A stretch of 64,000 nucleotides of DNA, from the NCBI GenBank assembly GCA_965237955.1, contig OZ250169.1, positions 3,424,001 to 3,488,000 on the forward strand, written 5' to 3'. How positions within the stretch are numbered: the first letter of the stretch is position 1; every line of letters begins with the position of its first letter. The notes beneath the pieces are model-generated. The model made no database searches and was not told the DNA's origin. It was given only the letters and a program-made list of their open reading frames with translations. The stretch comes from Candidatus Marinacidobacterales bacterium. Its GTDB lineage: Bacteria > Acidobacteriota > Vicinamibacteria > Marinacidobacterales > SMYC01. Below are positions 22,112-33,301 of this stretch, one piece after another. Position numbers and translations under genes: made by a program.

Positions 22112-23056
22112 GTGGCCATGGGGAAATTGGCGATCGGTGATTGGTTTGTGCCTGAAGACGGATTCGACGTGGACCGAGACGTATCGACACACAAACCCGT
22201 GCTTCTCGGAGAGGTCTTGCGGTTTTTGAATCCGCGCGCGGACGGTGTCTACGTGGATGCCACCCTCGGCGGCGGCGGGCACACCGAAGTGATCCTTCGC
22301 GCGAGCGCGCCGAGAGGGCGCGTTCTCGCGCTCGACCGCGACCCCGAAGCGATCCGTCGTACCGGCAAGCGGTTGGCGTCTTCTGGCGAGCGTCTACGAA
22401 CGGTGCTCGGCTCGTTCGCGGATTTGCGTGCGCACATCGAAGAAGACGGGCATGAGGCTGTGAACGGCATCGTGGCGGATCTGGGCCTTTCGAGCGATCA
22501 GCTCGGTAACCCGGACCGCGGATTTTCATTCTCGCTCGATGGTCCGCTCGATATGCGTTTCGATCCGTCGCAAGGTCCGACGGCTTCCGATCTCGTCAAC
22601 GAGCTCGCCGAAGGACAGCTGGCCGATCTCATCTGGGAGTACGGTGATGAACGCCGATCGCGCGCCATCGCGCGCCGTATCGTCTCGCGCCGTCCCATCG
22701 AAACGACGAAAGAGCTGCGCCGGGCGGTGGTTTCGGTTCTGGGTCCGAGGCGCCGGGGAATCGATCCCGCGACGCGCACGTTCCAAGCGCTGAGGATTGC
22801 CGTGAATCAGGAGCTCGCCGCGCTCGATGTCTTCCTCAAGCAAGCACCGCGATGTCTTCGGCCGGGCGGACGGTTGATCGTTATCTCGTACCACTCGCAC
22901 GAGGATCGCGCCGTGAAGTGGTCTTTTCGAGAGTTCGCACACGATCCCGAGTTTCACGTGTTGACCAAGAAACCGGTGGTGGCCGACGCACGTGCCGTTA
23001 CCGATAACCCGAGGGCGCGGAGCGCCAAGCTCCGCGCGATCGAGAGGGTTCTGTGA
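22112..23056 (+). CDS. rsmH: 16S rRNA m4C1402 methyltransferase
   Basis: HKPVLL, DATLGGGGH, DLGLSS, PLDMR, FQALRIAVN, NPRARSAKLR. Confidence 0.96.
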   Translation: MAMGKLAIGDWFVPEDGFDVDRDVSTHKPVLLGEVLRFLNPRADGVYVDATLGGGGHTEVILRASAPRGRVLALDRDPEAIRRTGKRLASSGERLRTVLGSFADLRAHIEEDGHEAVNGIVADLGLSSDQLGNPDRGFSFSLDGPLDMRFDPSQGPTASDLVNELAEGQLADLIWEYGDERRSRAIARRIVSRRPIETTKELRRAVVSVLGPRRRGIDPATRTFQALRIAVNQELAALDVFLKQAPRCLRPGGRLIVISYHSHEDRAVKWSFREFAHDPEFHVLTKKPVVADARAVTDNPRARSAKLRAIERVL

Positions 23057-23436
23057 GGAACGAGCACTTCTTGATGAGCAAGCAAGTGCGCAACGAGCAG
23101 CTCGTGCGCGAGCTCGACGCCAAGCGCCACCGCGAGCTCTTCATGGTCGCGCTCACCGGGCTCGCGCTCACCGCCGCGGTGATTGCGTTCGCGTACCCGC
23201 ACTTCGAGATGATCCGGCTCGGCTACCGCATGGAGGAGCTGAGGGAACAACGCGAGGAGCTCGTCGAAGCCAAACGCCATCTCAAGCTCCAACGAGCCAC
23301 CGAGCTATCGCCGTCCCGAATCGAGTCGATCGCCATCGAGCAGCTGGGCATGGTGTATCCCGATGGCTCTCACCTCTTGACCCTCGAGCCGTTCGAGTCG
23401 GCCTCGATCGTCGAGCGCCCAACCGAATCAGAGTAA
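23053..23436 (+). CDS. ftsL: Cell division protein FtsL
   Basis: TM helix plus coiled coil, 'LSPSRIESIA..LGM'; position in the cluster. Confidence 0.85.
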   Translation: MRNEHFLMSKQVRNEQLVRELDAKRHRELFMVALTGLALTAAVIAFAYPHFEMIRLGYRMEELREQREELVEAKRHLKLQRATELSPSRIESIAIEQLGMVYPDGSHLLTLEPFESASIVERPTESE

Positions 23437-23442
23437 AGGACC

Positions 23443-25608
23443 ATGAGCGAGAGCCGCACCCTGACCCAGTTCCAGATGAGGCTCCTGTTTCTGGGCTTTA
23501 CGACGTCGTTGTGGGTGCTCGCCGTCGGCGGGAGACTGTTCTATCTCACCGTGTCGATGCGCGACACGCTCCAAGAGCGAGCGGAGCTTCAACACCAGCA
23601 CACGCTGAAACTCGATCCTCGACGCGGCACCATCCGCGATCGGAACGGGCACCAGCTCGCAACCAGCGTCGAAGTGGAATCGGTCTATGCGGTGCCGAAG
23701 GCGTTCTCGGGTGCAAGCATCGAGCAAGCGGCGACGGTGCTCGCGTCGTGCCTGTCGCTACCTCGAGACAAGATCGCCGCGCGCCTCGACGGCGACAAGA
23801 GCTTCTCTTGGCTCGAGCGCAAAGCGAATCCACGAATGGTCGACTGTGTTCGCGATTTGAATCTGGCGAGCGTGGTCTTTGTTGCCGAAAGTCGCCGGTT
23901 CTATCCCAAGCGCGGCCTCGCCTCGCAAGTGCTCGGATACGTGGGGATCGACAATGAAGGGATGAGCGGCGTCGAGTACGCGCTCGAGGAAGAGATTCGT
24001 GGCGAGCCCGGACGCCGGGTCATTTGGACCGATGCAAAAAATCGCCGGGCGGCGAGCCGCGTCGAAGCTCGATCCCATGCGGGACGCTCGGCGTATCTGA
24101 CCATCGACGAGAATTTGCAATACATCGCCGAAACCGAGCTGGGCGCGGCGATTCGCGAGAGCGGCTCCAAAAGCGGCATTGCCCTGGTCATGCGCCCGCG
24201 CACGGGGGAGCTCTTGGCGATGGCATCGTTTCCGAGCTTCAACCCGAACCGATACGGGGACTATCCCGCAAGCCATTGGCGCAACCGTGCGGTGACGGAT
24301 GTGTACGAGCCCGGCTCGACGTTCAAGATCGTGGCCGCCGCGGCCGCGCTCGAGGAGAACGTCACCAACGAAGACGAGCGCATCGATTGTGGCCGCGGGA
24401 TGATCCAGATCGGCTCTCGTGTGATCCGTGACTCTCATTACTTCGACGTGTTGACATTTCGAGAGGTGGTCGAGAAGTCGTCGAACGTCGGCATGATTCG
24501 GATCGGCCAGCGGCTCGGGAAGGACCGGCTGGAACACTACGTCCACGCGTTCGGTTTCGGAGCGCCTTCCGGCGTCGAGCTTCCTGGGGAAAGCCGCGGC
24601 ATCTTGCGCCCGGCCGAGCGGTGGGGACCGGTGACGCTCGCGTCGATCTCGTTCGGTCAAGAGATCGGGGTGACGCCGCTCCAGATGGTGGCCGCTGCCA
24701 ACGTGGTAGCGACATCGGGCTATCTGATGCGGCCGCGCCTCCTGCTCGGCTTTGGCAATACCGACGGTAGGCTGGTTGCACCGTTCACGCCCACGCCCGA
24801 ACCGGTGCGCCGCGTCGTCAAAGAAGAGACGGCCCGACGATTGAAGGAGCTCCTCGTCGGTGCGGTCGAGCGCGGCACCGGCCAGCGCGCGCGCATCGAG
24901 GGGTATCGCGTCGCTGGCAAGACCGGAACCGCGCAAAAAGCGGTGCGCGGGGGCTACTCCAAAACCGACTACATTGCGTCGTTCGTCGGGTTCGCCCCGG
25001 CTGACACGCCGGAGCTGACGGCACTCGTCATTCTCGACTCCCCTATTGGCGATCACTCGGGCGCGCGGGCGGCGGCCGTCTTCGCCCGCATCGTGAAGCG
25101 GTCACTACGCTATCTCGGTGTGGCGCCCGAGGCAGAGCCGCCGCTCCGCATCGCCAAATTTTGGCCACAAAGCCGGCCTATCGTGGGAGCAAGGGAGCCT
25201 CGGTTGGCCGAGGGCCGGGAGAAACCCCAAAGTTTTGGAGCCCACCGAGTGGGTGGACTCGGAGGGCGGCCTGGACAGCCTCTAGAGGCGTCCGAGCCTA
25301 TGGGAAGGGCGGCACGGCAGGACGGTGTTCCCGATGTCTTAGGTCTTCCCGCTCGAGACGCGCTCGCGCGTTTCGTATCTCATGGCGAGGTACCTGAGAT
25401 TGTCGGGACGGGCAACGTCCTCGAGCAATACCCGACGCCGGGCATGCGTGTCGAGCCCGGAACGAGGGCGCGGCTGTATCTGGGCGTGGAGCCGGTCACG
25501 CCCCTCGACGTCGTTCCAAAGCTGCGACGGGGTGGCGCGATGACCGTCGCTGGTCTTGTTCGACCATCCTTCGCGCAAGGCTACGGGCTGGCAGCTGGAG
25601 TGGAATGA
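23443..25608 (+). CDS. ftsI: Class B PBP with PASTA domain
   Basis: RGTIRDRNG, EPGSTFK, SSN, KTGT; C-terminal PASTA 'VPDVLGL'. Confidence 0.93.
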   Translation: MSESRTLTQFQMRLLFLGFTTSLWVLAVGGRLFYLTVSMRDTLQERAELQHQHTLKLDPRRGTIRDRNGHQLATSVEVESVYAVPKAFSGASIEQAATVLASCLSLPRDKIAARLDGDKSFSWLERKANPRMVDCVRDLNLASVVFVAESRRFYPKRGLASQVLGYVGIDNEGMSGVEYALEEEIRGEPGRRVIWTDAKNRRAASRVEARSHAGRSAYLTIDENLQYIAETELGAAIRESGSKSGIALVMRPRTGELLAMASFPSFNPNRYGDYPASHWRNRAVTDVYEPGSTFKIVAAAAALEENVTNEDERIDCGRGMIQIGSRVIRDSHYFDVLTFREVVEKSSNVGMIRIGQRLGKDRLEHYVHAFGFGAPSGVELPGESRGILRPAERWGPVTLASISFGQEIGVTPLQMVAAANVVATSGYLMRPRLLLGFGNTDGRLVAPFTPTPEPVRRVVKEETARRLKELLVGAVERGTGQRARIEGYRVAGKTGTAQKAVRGGYSKTDYIASFVGFAPADTPELTALVILDSPIGDHSGARAAAVFARIVKRSLRYLGVAPEAEPPLRIAKFWPQSRPIVGAREPRLAEGREKPQSFGAHRVGGLGGRPGQPLEASEPMGRAARQDGVPDVLGLPARDALARFVSHGEVPEIVGTGNVLEQYPTPGMRVEPGTRARLYLGVEPVTPLDVVPKLRRGGAMTVAGLVRPSFAQGYGLAAGVE

Positions 25609-25673
25609 AATTCCTGATAGACGATAGCGCGTTAGGGAGTGGTCCTGTGGAAAAGACTCGATCGAGGCGAGCG

Positions 25674-27128
25674 GTGAGACTCACCGAGCTTCTCAGTCTC
25701 GTCCCGCTTCAGACCGTAAACGGACCGCGCGACGTTTCGATACACGGAGTAACCGCCGATTCTCGAAACGTGGAGGAAGGATTTCTTTTCGTCGCCATCG
25801 AAGGCGAAACCACCGACGGCCACTTGTTCGTGGACGATGCCGTCGTAAGAGGCGCGGTAGCCATCGTCAGCGAGCGTGAGGTCGAGCGCGAACGGGTGAC
25901 ATGGGTGCAGACGCCGGACGCCCGGCAAGCGGCGGGTGTGTTGTCCGCGAGAGCCGCTGGCGATCCGGCGACGAAGATGGATCTCGTCGGTATCACCGGG
26001 ACTAACGGGAAGACGACAACGGCGTTTCTCGTCGATGGTCTCTTGTCACGTCTCAACCCGCCGGCTGCGATGATGGGCACGGTGGTCGCGAAGATCGGTG
26101 CGCGTACGTGGCCGACGCGCCACACCACGCCCGAAGCTCCTATTCTCCAAGATTTTCTGGCGGAAGCGCTCGAGGCAGGTTGCGGTTACGGCGCCCTGGA
26201 AGTCTCGTCGCATGGCTTGCAGCTTGCGCGGTTGGAAGGCACCGAGTTCGCGGTAGCGGTGTTCACCAACTTGTCGCGCGATCACCTTGATTTTCATCGA
26301 GACATGGAGGACTACTTTCTCAGCAAGCGGAAGCTCTTCACGCGCTACTTGCGTCCCACCGGAACCGCGGTGGTCTGTATCGACGATGCCTATGGCGAGC
26401 GTCTCGCGTCCGAGCTCTCGTCGCGCGTGCTCACGTACGGTTTCGCGGACACGGCGGATATCTCCATTCGCGAAGTCGACGCGTCGCTCGCGGGAGTTAG
26501 GCTCGTGTTCCGCGAGGGACACGTGTCGCACGAGATCAAGAGTGCGCTCTTGGGGCGCTACAACGCGCTCAATCTCGTGGCGGCGTTTGCCGCGGTGCGG
26601 GCTCTCGGCTTCGCGACCGAGGAGGTACTCGAGACTATCGAGCAAATAGCGGGGGCACCCGGTCGATTCGAACGAGTCGACGTCGGCCTGCCGTTCGATA
26701 TCGTCGTGGACTACGCCCACACCGACGACGCGCTGCGGAAGCTTCTCGAAGCCGCGCGGCCGTTGACGCGCGGAAAGCTCTGGGTGGTGTTCGGATGCGG
26801 CGGCGAGCGGGACCGCACCAAACGCCCGCTCATGGGTGACGTTGCGGCCCGGCTCGCCGATCGCGTCGTGCTCACGTCGGACAATCCTCGTGGCGAGGAT
26901 CCGGCGGCCATCATTCGTGAGATCCAACTCGGCGTGAAAGACGCCGCGGTCGAGATCGAGCCCGATCGCCGGCGTGCGATCGGGCTGGCCCTCGCGGGCG
27001 CGCGAGGGGGAGACCTCGTCGTGATCGCGGGTAAGGGCCACGAACCCTACCAGATCGTCGGAGACGACGTCCTGACCTTCGATGACCGCGATGCCGTTCG
27101 TGAGCTCGCGAAAGAGGTCGCTTCGTGA
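25674..27128 (+). CDS. murE: UDP-MurNAc-tripeptide synthetase (mDAP)
   Basis: GITGTNGKTT, EVSSH, DYAHT, DNPR, AGKGHE; start either 25605 or 25674. Confidence 0.95.
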   Translation: MRLTELLSLVPLQTVNGPRDVSIHGVTADSRNVEEGFLFVAIEGETTDGHLFVDDAVVRGAVAIVSEREVERERVTWVQTPDARQAAGVLSARAAGDPATKMDLVGITGTNGKTTTAFLVDGLLSRLNPPAAMMGTVVAKIGARTWPTRHTTPEAPILQDFLAEALEAGCGYGALEVSSHGLQLARLEGTEFAVAVFTNLSRDHLDFHRDMEDYFLSKRKLFTRYLRPTGTAVVCIDDAYGERLASELSSRVLTYGFADTADISIREVDASLAGVRLVFREGHVSHEIKSALLGRYNALNLVAAFAAVRALGFATEEVLETIEQIAGAPGRFERVDVGLPFDIVVDYAHTDDALRKLLEAARPLTRGKLWVVFGCGGERDRTKRPLMGDVAARLADRVVLTSDNPRGEDPAAIIREIQLGVKDAAVEIEPDRRRAIGLALAGARGGDLVVIAGKGHEPYQIVGDDVLTFDDRDAVRELAKEVAS

Positions 27129-28537
27129 AATTGACGGCACGCGACATTGCGCGCTTCACGCGCGGGAAGCTCGTGTCGGGCTCGGCGGACTCGGTTGATT
27201 CGGTAATCAGTGCCGTCTCTATCGACACTCGAACGATCGAGCACGGCGACTTGTTCGTCGCCATCCGAGGACCGCACAGAGACGGGCACGACTACCTCGC
27301 GAACGCGCTCGAAAGCGGCGCCGCCGGGATCGTTGTCTCACAGCCGATCGAGATCGAGGGCTCGGCATTTCAAGTGCAGGTGAAGGACACGACTCGGGCG
27401 CTTCAAGACCTCGCACAGGTTGTGCGCGAGCGCGCTCGGCTTCGTGTCGTCGCGATCACCGGAAGCATGGGGAAGACGACGACGAAAGAAGCCGCCGCCG
27501 CTGCCATGGGTACGCGTCGTCGGGTCTTGAAAACCGAGGGAAACCTGAACAACCTCTACGGCCTGCCGCTGTCGATTCTGAAGCTTCGCGACGAGGACGT
27601 CGCCGTTCTCGAGATGGGTATGTCCGAGCCCGGTGAAATCGCCCGGCTCGCCGAGATTGCGAAGCCCGACGTAGGTGTGCTCACCAACGTCGCCGAAGTG
27701 CACCTCGAGTTCTTCGATTCGATCTCGGAGATCGCCGACGCGAAGGGGGAGCTTCTGCTCGGTCTCGCGGGTGACGCCGTGGCGGTCGTCAACGCGGACG
27801 ATCCACTCGTGCTCGAGCAAGCGCGCAAGTTCGCCGGCCGTCAGATTCGGTTCGGGCTCACCCCGAGCTCTGATTTGCGGGCGCGTCAGATCCGCTCTAC
27901 CTCGGCGGGACTTCGTTTCCACGCGGAAGAAGGGGAGCGCTCGGTGGAAGTGACGTCGTCGCTCCACGGGCGCCACAACGTGTACAACTTGCTCGCGGGG
28001 CTCGCGGCGGCACGAGCGCTCGACGTGCCACTCGAGGAGGCTGCATCCGGGTTGGCGTCGCTATCGCCGGAACGCCATCGAGGCGAGAGGATTTCACTTC
28101 CAGGTGACATTCTTCTCATCGATGAGACCTACAACTCGAATCCTAGGGCGCTTATCTGCGCTCTCGACGCTCTGGTCATCGATGAAGAGGACGAGGCTGA
28201 GGACCAGAGACGCCGCGTGGCCGTGGTCGGCGACATGCTCGAGCTCGGACCCAAAGCTTCGGAACTTCACCGTGAAGTCGGCCGACACGCGGCCACGCTC
28301 GACCTCGGTCTCTTTGTGGGGGTGGGCCCGCTCGGAGGTGAAATCGTCGACGGCGCGCGCGAAGCCGGCATGGCGGAAGCGAAGCTCGCGACATGTGACG
28401 ATGCCGCCGAAGCCGGCACACTCCTCGAGCGGAGCCTCGTCGAGGGCGATTCCGTGTTGGTGAAGGGCTCACGCGGGGTTGGTCTCGACGAAACGATCGA
28501 ATTGGTGAAGCGCGCCCTCTCCGAGGGAGAGAGCTGA
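27125..28537 (+). CDS. murF: UDP-MurNAc-pentapeptide synthetase
   Basis: [36 protein letters not shown]. Confidence 0.95.
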   Translation: MKLTARDIARFTRGKLVSGSADSVDSVISAVSIDTRTIEHGDLFVAIRGPHRDGHDYLANALESGAAGIVVSQPIEIEGSAFQVQVKDTTRALQDLAQVVRERARLRVVAITGSMGKTTTKEAAAAAMGTRRRVLKTEGNLNNLYGLPLSILKLRDEDVAVLEMGMSEPGEIARLAEIAKPDVGVLTNVAEVHLEFFDSISEIADAKGELLLGLAGDAVAVVNADDPLVLEQARKFAGRQIRFGLTPSSDLRARQIRSTSAGLRFHAEEGERSVEVTSSLHGRHNVYNLLAGLAAARALDVPLEEAASGLASLSPERHRGERISLPGDILLIDETYNSNPRALICALDALVIDEEDEAEDQRRRVAVVGDMLELGPKASELHREVGRHAATLDLGLFVGVGPLGGEIVDGAREAGMAEAKLATCDDAAEAGTLLERSLVEGDSVLVKGSRGVGLDETIELVKRALSEGES

Positions 28538-29622
28538 TGCTCTACCATCTTCTCTATCCGCTTCACACCGATTACTCGTTCTTCAACGTGTTCCGCTACG
28601 TTACGTTCCGGACTGCGTCGGCAACGCTCACGGCTCTCGCGATCTCGTTCGTGATGGGACCGTGGCTCATCGCCCGCTTGCGACAGTTTCAAATCGGGCA
28701 GCACATTCGCCTGGAAGGGCCCGAAGCGCATCGCTCCAAAGCGGGAACACCGACGATGGGCGGTGTTCTCATTTTGACCGCGGTCGTGGTGCCGACACTT
28801 CTGTGGGCGAACTTGACGAACGTTTTCATTTGGGTCGCGCTCGGAACGACGGTGGCTTTCGGTCTCATCGGGTTCACCGACGATTACCTGAAGATCGTGC
28901 GCAAACAGTCGCGGGGTTTGTCCGCGCGGGCGAAAATCCTGCTGCAGACGAGCTGCGCGGTCGTGATCGGTCTTTTGCTGTACGACATGTCGCGACACGG
29001 CGACTACTCGACCGTACTGTTGTTTCCATTCTTCAAGGATGTCCGACCCGATCTCGCGTGGCTGTTCGTTCCGTTCGCGATCCTTCTTCTCGTGGGCGCG
29101 TCCAACGCCGTGAATCTCACCGACGGCCTCGACGGTCTCGCTATCGGGACCGTTCTCATCGCCGCGGCGGCCTACACCGTTCTCACCTACGTGACCGGGC
29201 ACGCTCAGTTTTCCGCGTATTTGGATTTGATCCACATCCCGCGCATTTGGGAGCTCGCTATTTTCGGGGGCGCGATGGTAGGCGCGAGCTTGGGTTTTCT
29301 GTGGTTCAACTGTTACCCGGCTCAGCTTTTCATGGGCGACGTGGGCTCGCTCGCTCTCGGCAGTGCCATCGGTACCGTGGCGCTCCTCATCAAGCAGGAG
29401 CTTTTGCTCGTGCTCGTGGGCGGCGTGTTCGTTCTCGAAGCGCTTTCGGTCATTGTTCAAGTGTCGTCGTTCAAGCTCACGGGAAAGCGTGTGTTTCGTA
29501 TGGCGCCGCTCCACCACCATTTCGAGCTCGCGGGGTGGAGCGAGCCCAAGATCATCATCCGTTTCTGGATCCTCGGGATCATGTTCGCGCTTGCGAGCTT
29601 GACGACATTGAAGCTGAGGTGA
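28537..29622 (+). CDS. mraY: Phospho-MurNAc-pentapeptide transferase
   Basis: [36 protein letters not shown]. Confidence 0.97.
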   Translation: MLYHLLYPLHTDYSFFNVFRYVTFRTASATLTALAISFVMGPWLIARLRQFQIGQHIRLEGPEAHRSKAGTPTMGGVLILTAVVVPTLLWANLTNVFIWVALGTTVAFGLIGFTDDYLKIVRKQSRGLSARAKILLQTSCAVVIGLLLYDMSRHGDYSTVLLFPFFKDVRPDLAWLFVPFAILLLVGASNAVNLTDGLDGLAIGTVLIAAAAYTVLTYVTGHAQFSAYLDLIHIPRIWELAIFGGAMVGASLGFLWFNCYPAQLFMGDVGSLALGSAIGTVALLIKQELLLVLVGGVFVLEALSVIVQVSSFKLTGKRVFRMAPLHHHFELAGWSEPKIIIRFWILGIMFALASLTTLKLR

Positions 29623-29643
29623 GGGGGGACGTGGCGGTAACTC

Positions 29644-31023
29644 ATGAGCGACGACTACCCGAACCGTCGAGCCCTCGTCATAGGACTCGGCCGGAGCGGT
29701 GTCGCTGCGTGCGCGCTGTTGCGGGCGAGAGGGGCGCAGGTTGTCGCTACCGATCGGAGATCGCGCGACGAGCTCGATGCGGAAGCGTTGGCGGTCCATG
29801 CAGATCTCGACGAGCTCGACGAGCTGGTACTGGGCTCCCATCCAATCGAGCTCGTCAACGACGTCGACTTGATCGTGTTGAGTCCGGGAGTGGCCTTGTC
29901 TCTGCCACTTCTCGTCGAAGCGCGCCGACGTTCGATCCCGATATGGAGCGAGCTCGAGCTCGGGTTTCGGCATGTGAGAGGACCCGTGGTTGCCGTGACC
30001 GGCACCAAGGGCAAGTCCACCACGTCGACGCTCATCCGCGACATGTTGCGGGCGAGCGGACGGGAGCCACGGCTTGTGGGGAACATCGGAGCACCGCTGT
30101 CCGCAGAGCTCGATGGCGCGAGCTCGGAGACCGTGTTCGTGGTCGAGGTCTCGAGCTTTCAGCTCGAGACTATCGATTCGTTTCGACCCCAGGTAGCGGT
30201 GCTTCTCGATGTGAGCCCGGATCATCTCGACTGGCATCCGACGTTCGACGACTACGTGCGCGCCAAGGCCCGAATTTTCGAGAACCAGCGCCGGGACGAT
30301 TGGGCCGTCGTCTACGGCGGCAATCCAATGACGGTGACTATGGCGTCTAAAGGGAAATCGCGAAAGCTGTATTTCGATCTCGATTGCCTGGGGGAGAAGT
30401 ATCCGCACGTGCACAAGGAAGGACCGTGGATTGTGTGGCACGACGATGGTGAGACGACACCGCTGGCATCGCTCGACGAGCTCACCGTGCCGGGGGAGCA
30501 CAACCGCGTGAACGCGATGGCGGCATCTGCGGCCGCAGCGCTACTCGGCGCGTCGGGAGACGCCCTCGAAGAGGCGTTCGAGCAATTCGAAGGGCTGCCC
30601 CATGCCCTCGAGCGCGTCGCAGAGATCGGTGGGGTGCGCTTCTACAACGATTCGAAGGCCACCAACATCCAGGCGGTGCGTGCCGCGCTCGAAAGCTTCG
30701 ATGGACCGGTGGTGTTGATCCTCGGCGGACGTTTTAAAGGCGGCGACTTCCGCGACCTGCGCGACGCGACCGCCCGAAGCGTCAAGCTCGTTCTCGCCAT
30801 CGGCGAGAGCCGAGACCAGGTGAAGGCCGCTCTTGAAGACGTCGCCACCGTCGATGTTTGTGATGACTTGGAGTCGGCCGTCGAACAAGCGCACGCGAGC
30901 GCCGTGAAAGGCGACGTGGTGCTGCTGTCGCCAGCGGGTTCGAGCTTCGACATGTTCAAGGATTATCGTGAGCGCGGGGAACGATTCCGCGAGATCGTTC
31001 ACCGGCTGGAGGCGGAATCGTGA
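29644..31023 (+). CDS. murD: UDP-MurNAc-L-Ala:D-Glu ligase
   Basis: GLGRSG, TGTKGKSTT, EVSSFQL, NDSKATN, LLSPAGSSFD. Confidence 0.96.
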   Translation: MSDDYPNRRALVIGLGRSGVAACALLRARGAQVVATDRRSRDELDAEALAVHADLDELDELVLGSHPIELVNDVDLIVLSPGVALSLPLLVEARRRSIPIWSELELGFRHVRGPVVAVTGTKGKSTTSTLIRDMLRASGREPRLVGNIGAPLSAELDGASSETVFVVEVSSFQLETIDSFRPQVAVLLDVSPDHLDWHPTFDDYVRAKARIFENQRRDDWAVVYGGNPMTVTMASKGKSRKLYFDLDCLGEKYPHVHKEGPWIVWHDDGETTPLASLDELTVPGEHNRVNAMAASAAAALLGASGDALEEAFEQFEGLPHALERVAEIGGVRFYNDSKATNIQAVRAALESFDGPVVLILGGRFKGGDFRDLRDATARSVKLVLAIGESRDQVKAALEDVATVDVCDDLESAVEQAHASAVKGDVVLLSPAGSSFDMFKDYRERGERFREIVHRLEAES

Positions 31024-31033
31024 TGCGCGCGCT

Positions 31034-31100
31034 GCCGCCATCAGCCGTCAGCCGTCAGCCATCAGCTGACTGCGGGCCGATGGCCGATGGCCGATGGCCG
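31034..31100. repeat. 7-bp tandem palindromic repeat (family B, GCCATCA/TGGCCGA)
   Basis: gccatcagccgtcagccgtcagccatcag ... ggccgatggccgatggccgatggcc, between murD and ftsW. Confidence 0.8.
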
Positions 31101-31113
31101 GGGGCGGTTTGAC

Positions 31114-32205
31114 ATGGCCGTCAAACTATCGCCCGACCGGACGCTTTTCATCACCACGGTTGGGCTCGTGTCGTTTGGGCTGGTCATGCTCTATAGTGCG
31201 TCGGCCGTCGTTGCGCACGAAGCGCACAGGAGCTCTCACTTCTTTTTGGTGAAGCAGGCGCTGTGGGCGGCCGTCGGTCTTCTGATGATGCTCGCGCTCA
31301 CGCGATTCGATTATCGGAAGCTGAAACACCCCGTGGTCGTCTACGGCCTTCTCGGTGTGACCGTCGCGCTTCTCGTCGGCGTCTTGTTCACACCACCCCT
31401 CAAAAACGCACATCGCTGGATTCGGATCGGGCTTCTGTCGTTTCAGCCCTCGGAGCTAGCGAAGCTCACGCTCGTTCTCGGCCTTGCGTATCAGTTGGAG
31501 AAGCGTCGGCATCGCTTGAGCGAGTTCGTTTCCGGGTGGCTACCGCCGCTCGTCATCACCGGCCTTCTCGCGTTTCTCGTTTTGATCGAGCCGGACTACA
31601 GCACCGCGATCTGTCTCGTGTTCATCGCCACGTGCGTGTTCTTCGTGTCCGGTGTCCCGATACGCCAGCTCGTCGGGCTTGCGGTGGCTTCGGCGCCGGT
31701 CTTGATCTGGCTGGTGTTGAGCGAGGACTACCGGCGCGAGCGCCTTCTCGTGTTCCTCGATCCGTTCAGCGATCCATTGGGCAAAGGCTTTCAAGTCATC
31801 CAGTCGTTCATCGCTTTTGGCTCGGGCGGAGTGTTGGGAAACGGCTTCATGCGAAGCCAGCAAAAACTCTTCTATTTGCCGGAGCCCCACTCCGATTTCA
31901 TCTTCTCGGTGATCGGTGAGGAGCTCGGGCTAATAGGTGCGCTCGCCCTGGTTGCGGCGTTTTGCGTTCTCCTGTGGCGCGGCCTCGTCATTGCGGGCCG
32001 TGCGTCCGATCGGTTCGGCGCGTACATTGCCGTTGGTCTCACGATGCTCCTCGTGGGGCAGGCCCTGATCAACATGGGCGTCACCCTCGGCATTTTGCCG
32101 ACGACCGGGCTCCCGCTTCCGTTCATTTCCTCCGGTGGCAGCTCGCTGGTCACGAGCATGGCCGCGGTCGGACTTCTCCTGTCGGTGTCGCAGCATGCGA
32201 GGTAA
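31114..32205 (+). CDS. ftsW: SEDS peptidoglycan polymerase FtsW
   Basis: RWI, FQPSELAK, PEPHSDFIF, LPFISSGGSS. Confidence 0.95.
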   Translation: MAVKLSPDRTLFITTVGLVSFGLVMLYSASAVVAHEAHRSSHFFLVKQALWAAVGLLMMLALTRFDYRKLKHPVVVYGLLGVTVALLVGVLFTPPLKNAHRWIRIGLLSFQPSELAKLTLVLGLAYQLEKRRHRLSEFVSGWLPPLVITGLLAFLVLIEPDYSTAICLVFIATCVFFVSGVPIRQLVGLAVASAPVLIWLVLSEDYRRERLLVFLDPFSDPLGKGFQVIQSFIAFGSGGVLGNGFMRSQQKLFYLPEPHSDFIFSVIGEELGLIGALALVAAFCVLLWRGLVIAGRASDRFGAYIAVGLTMLLVGQALINMGVTLGILPTTGLPLPFISSGGSSLVTSMAAVGLLLSVSQHAR

Positions 32206-33301
32206 CCACTTGCTCGTCGCCGCAGGAGGCACTGGGGGACACTTGTATCCCGCGCTCGCCGTGGCGGAGCGGTTCCGAGAGCTCGTCGAAAAACCTCAGG
32301 TGACGTTCGTCGGCACCGAGAGAGGCCTCGAGTCGCGCATCGTCACCAAGGCCGGCTTTCCTCTGGAGTTTGTGCGCGCGGCACCGCTTCGCGGGGGCTC
32401 ACTCCTGGGAAAGCTCAAAGGGCTTTTGGGGCTCGTTACCGGGATGCGTGACTCCTTCAAACTCTTGAAGCGTCTCAAGCCGAGCGTCGTCATGGGAGTC
32501 GGTGCCTACGTTTCCGGGACGGTGCTGCTCGCGGCGGCGCTCCGCGGAACACCCACGCTCATTCTCGAGCCGAACGCCGAGCCCGGCCTCGCCAACAAAT
32601 GGCTCGCGCCCTTCGTCGATGAAGCCGCCTGTGCGTGGGAAGAGACGACGCGCTACTTCGGTGACAAGAGTGTGGTGACGGGAAACCCCGTGCGCCAGTC
32701 GATCTTCGACGTGCCGCCGCTAGCCGAGCAAGGCTCGACGATGCGCGTGCTCGTGTTCGGAGGGAGCCAAGGCTCTAAAGTGTTGAACGACGCGCTCACC
32801 GCGAGCTTGCCGCTTCTGGCTTCGGTGAGCGGGCGGATCGAGTTGACGCATCAGGCCGGGCCTGATCATGTCGATGAAGTAAGAAGTGCGTACGCGGGAC
32901 AGGCGATCCAGGCGCGGGTGACGGCTTATATCGACGACATGGCCGAGGCCTACGCGTGGAGCGATCTCGTGCTCGCGCGCGCGGGCGCGACGACGTGCGC
33001 CGAGCTCGCCGCGTGTGGACGGCCATCGCTTCTCGTGCCTCTACATCTCGCCGGCGGACACCAGGAGGCAAATGCAGAAATGCTGGCACGGGCCGGTGCC
33101 GCGCGATGGATTCGTCAAAGCGAGCTGACCCCGGACGAGCTTTCCTCGCAGTTGATGCGCTTGCTCGACGCGCCCCGTGAGCGTGAAACGATGGCGGTCA
33201 ACGCGCGCTCGCACGCACGACCGGAAGCGACCGGTGCGGTCGCGGAGCGCCTCGTTCATCTAGGGCGTCTCGGGCGTCGCGGGCGGGGAAGGGCGGCGTG
33301 A
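32195..33301 (+). CDS. murG: Lipid II GlcNAc transferase
   Basis: [31 protein letters not shown]. Confidence 0.96.
   Translation: MRGNHLLVAAGGTGGHLYPALAVAERFRELVEKPQVTFVGTERGLESRIVTKAGFPLEFVRAAPLRGGSLLGKLKGLLGLVTGMRDSFKLLKRLKPSVVMGVGAYVSGTVLLAAALRGTPTLILEPNAEPGLANKWLAPFVDEAACAWEETTRYFGDKSVVTGNPVRQSIFDVPPLAEQGSTMRVLVFGGSQGSKVLNDALTASLPLLASVSGRIELTHQAGPDHVDEVRSAYAGQAIQARVTAYIDDMAEAYAWSDLVLARAGATTCAELAACGRPSLLVPLHLAGGHQEANAEMLARAGAARWIRQSELTPDELSSQLMRLLDAPRERETMAVNARSHARPEATGAVAERLVHLGRLGRRGRGRAA

Noticed and set aside
28267-30501. 744-aa - strand and 562-aa alternative-frame ORFs
   Set aside because: They overlap mraY/murD, have Arg/Ala-rich composition and reflect GC codon bias
31034-31100. 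Tandem repeats as a possible CRISPR array
   Set aside because: 7-8-bp units without unique spacers; no cas genes in the window
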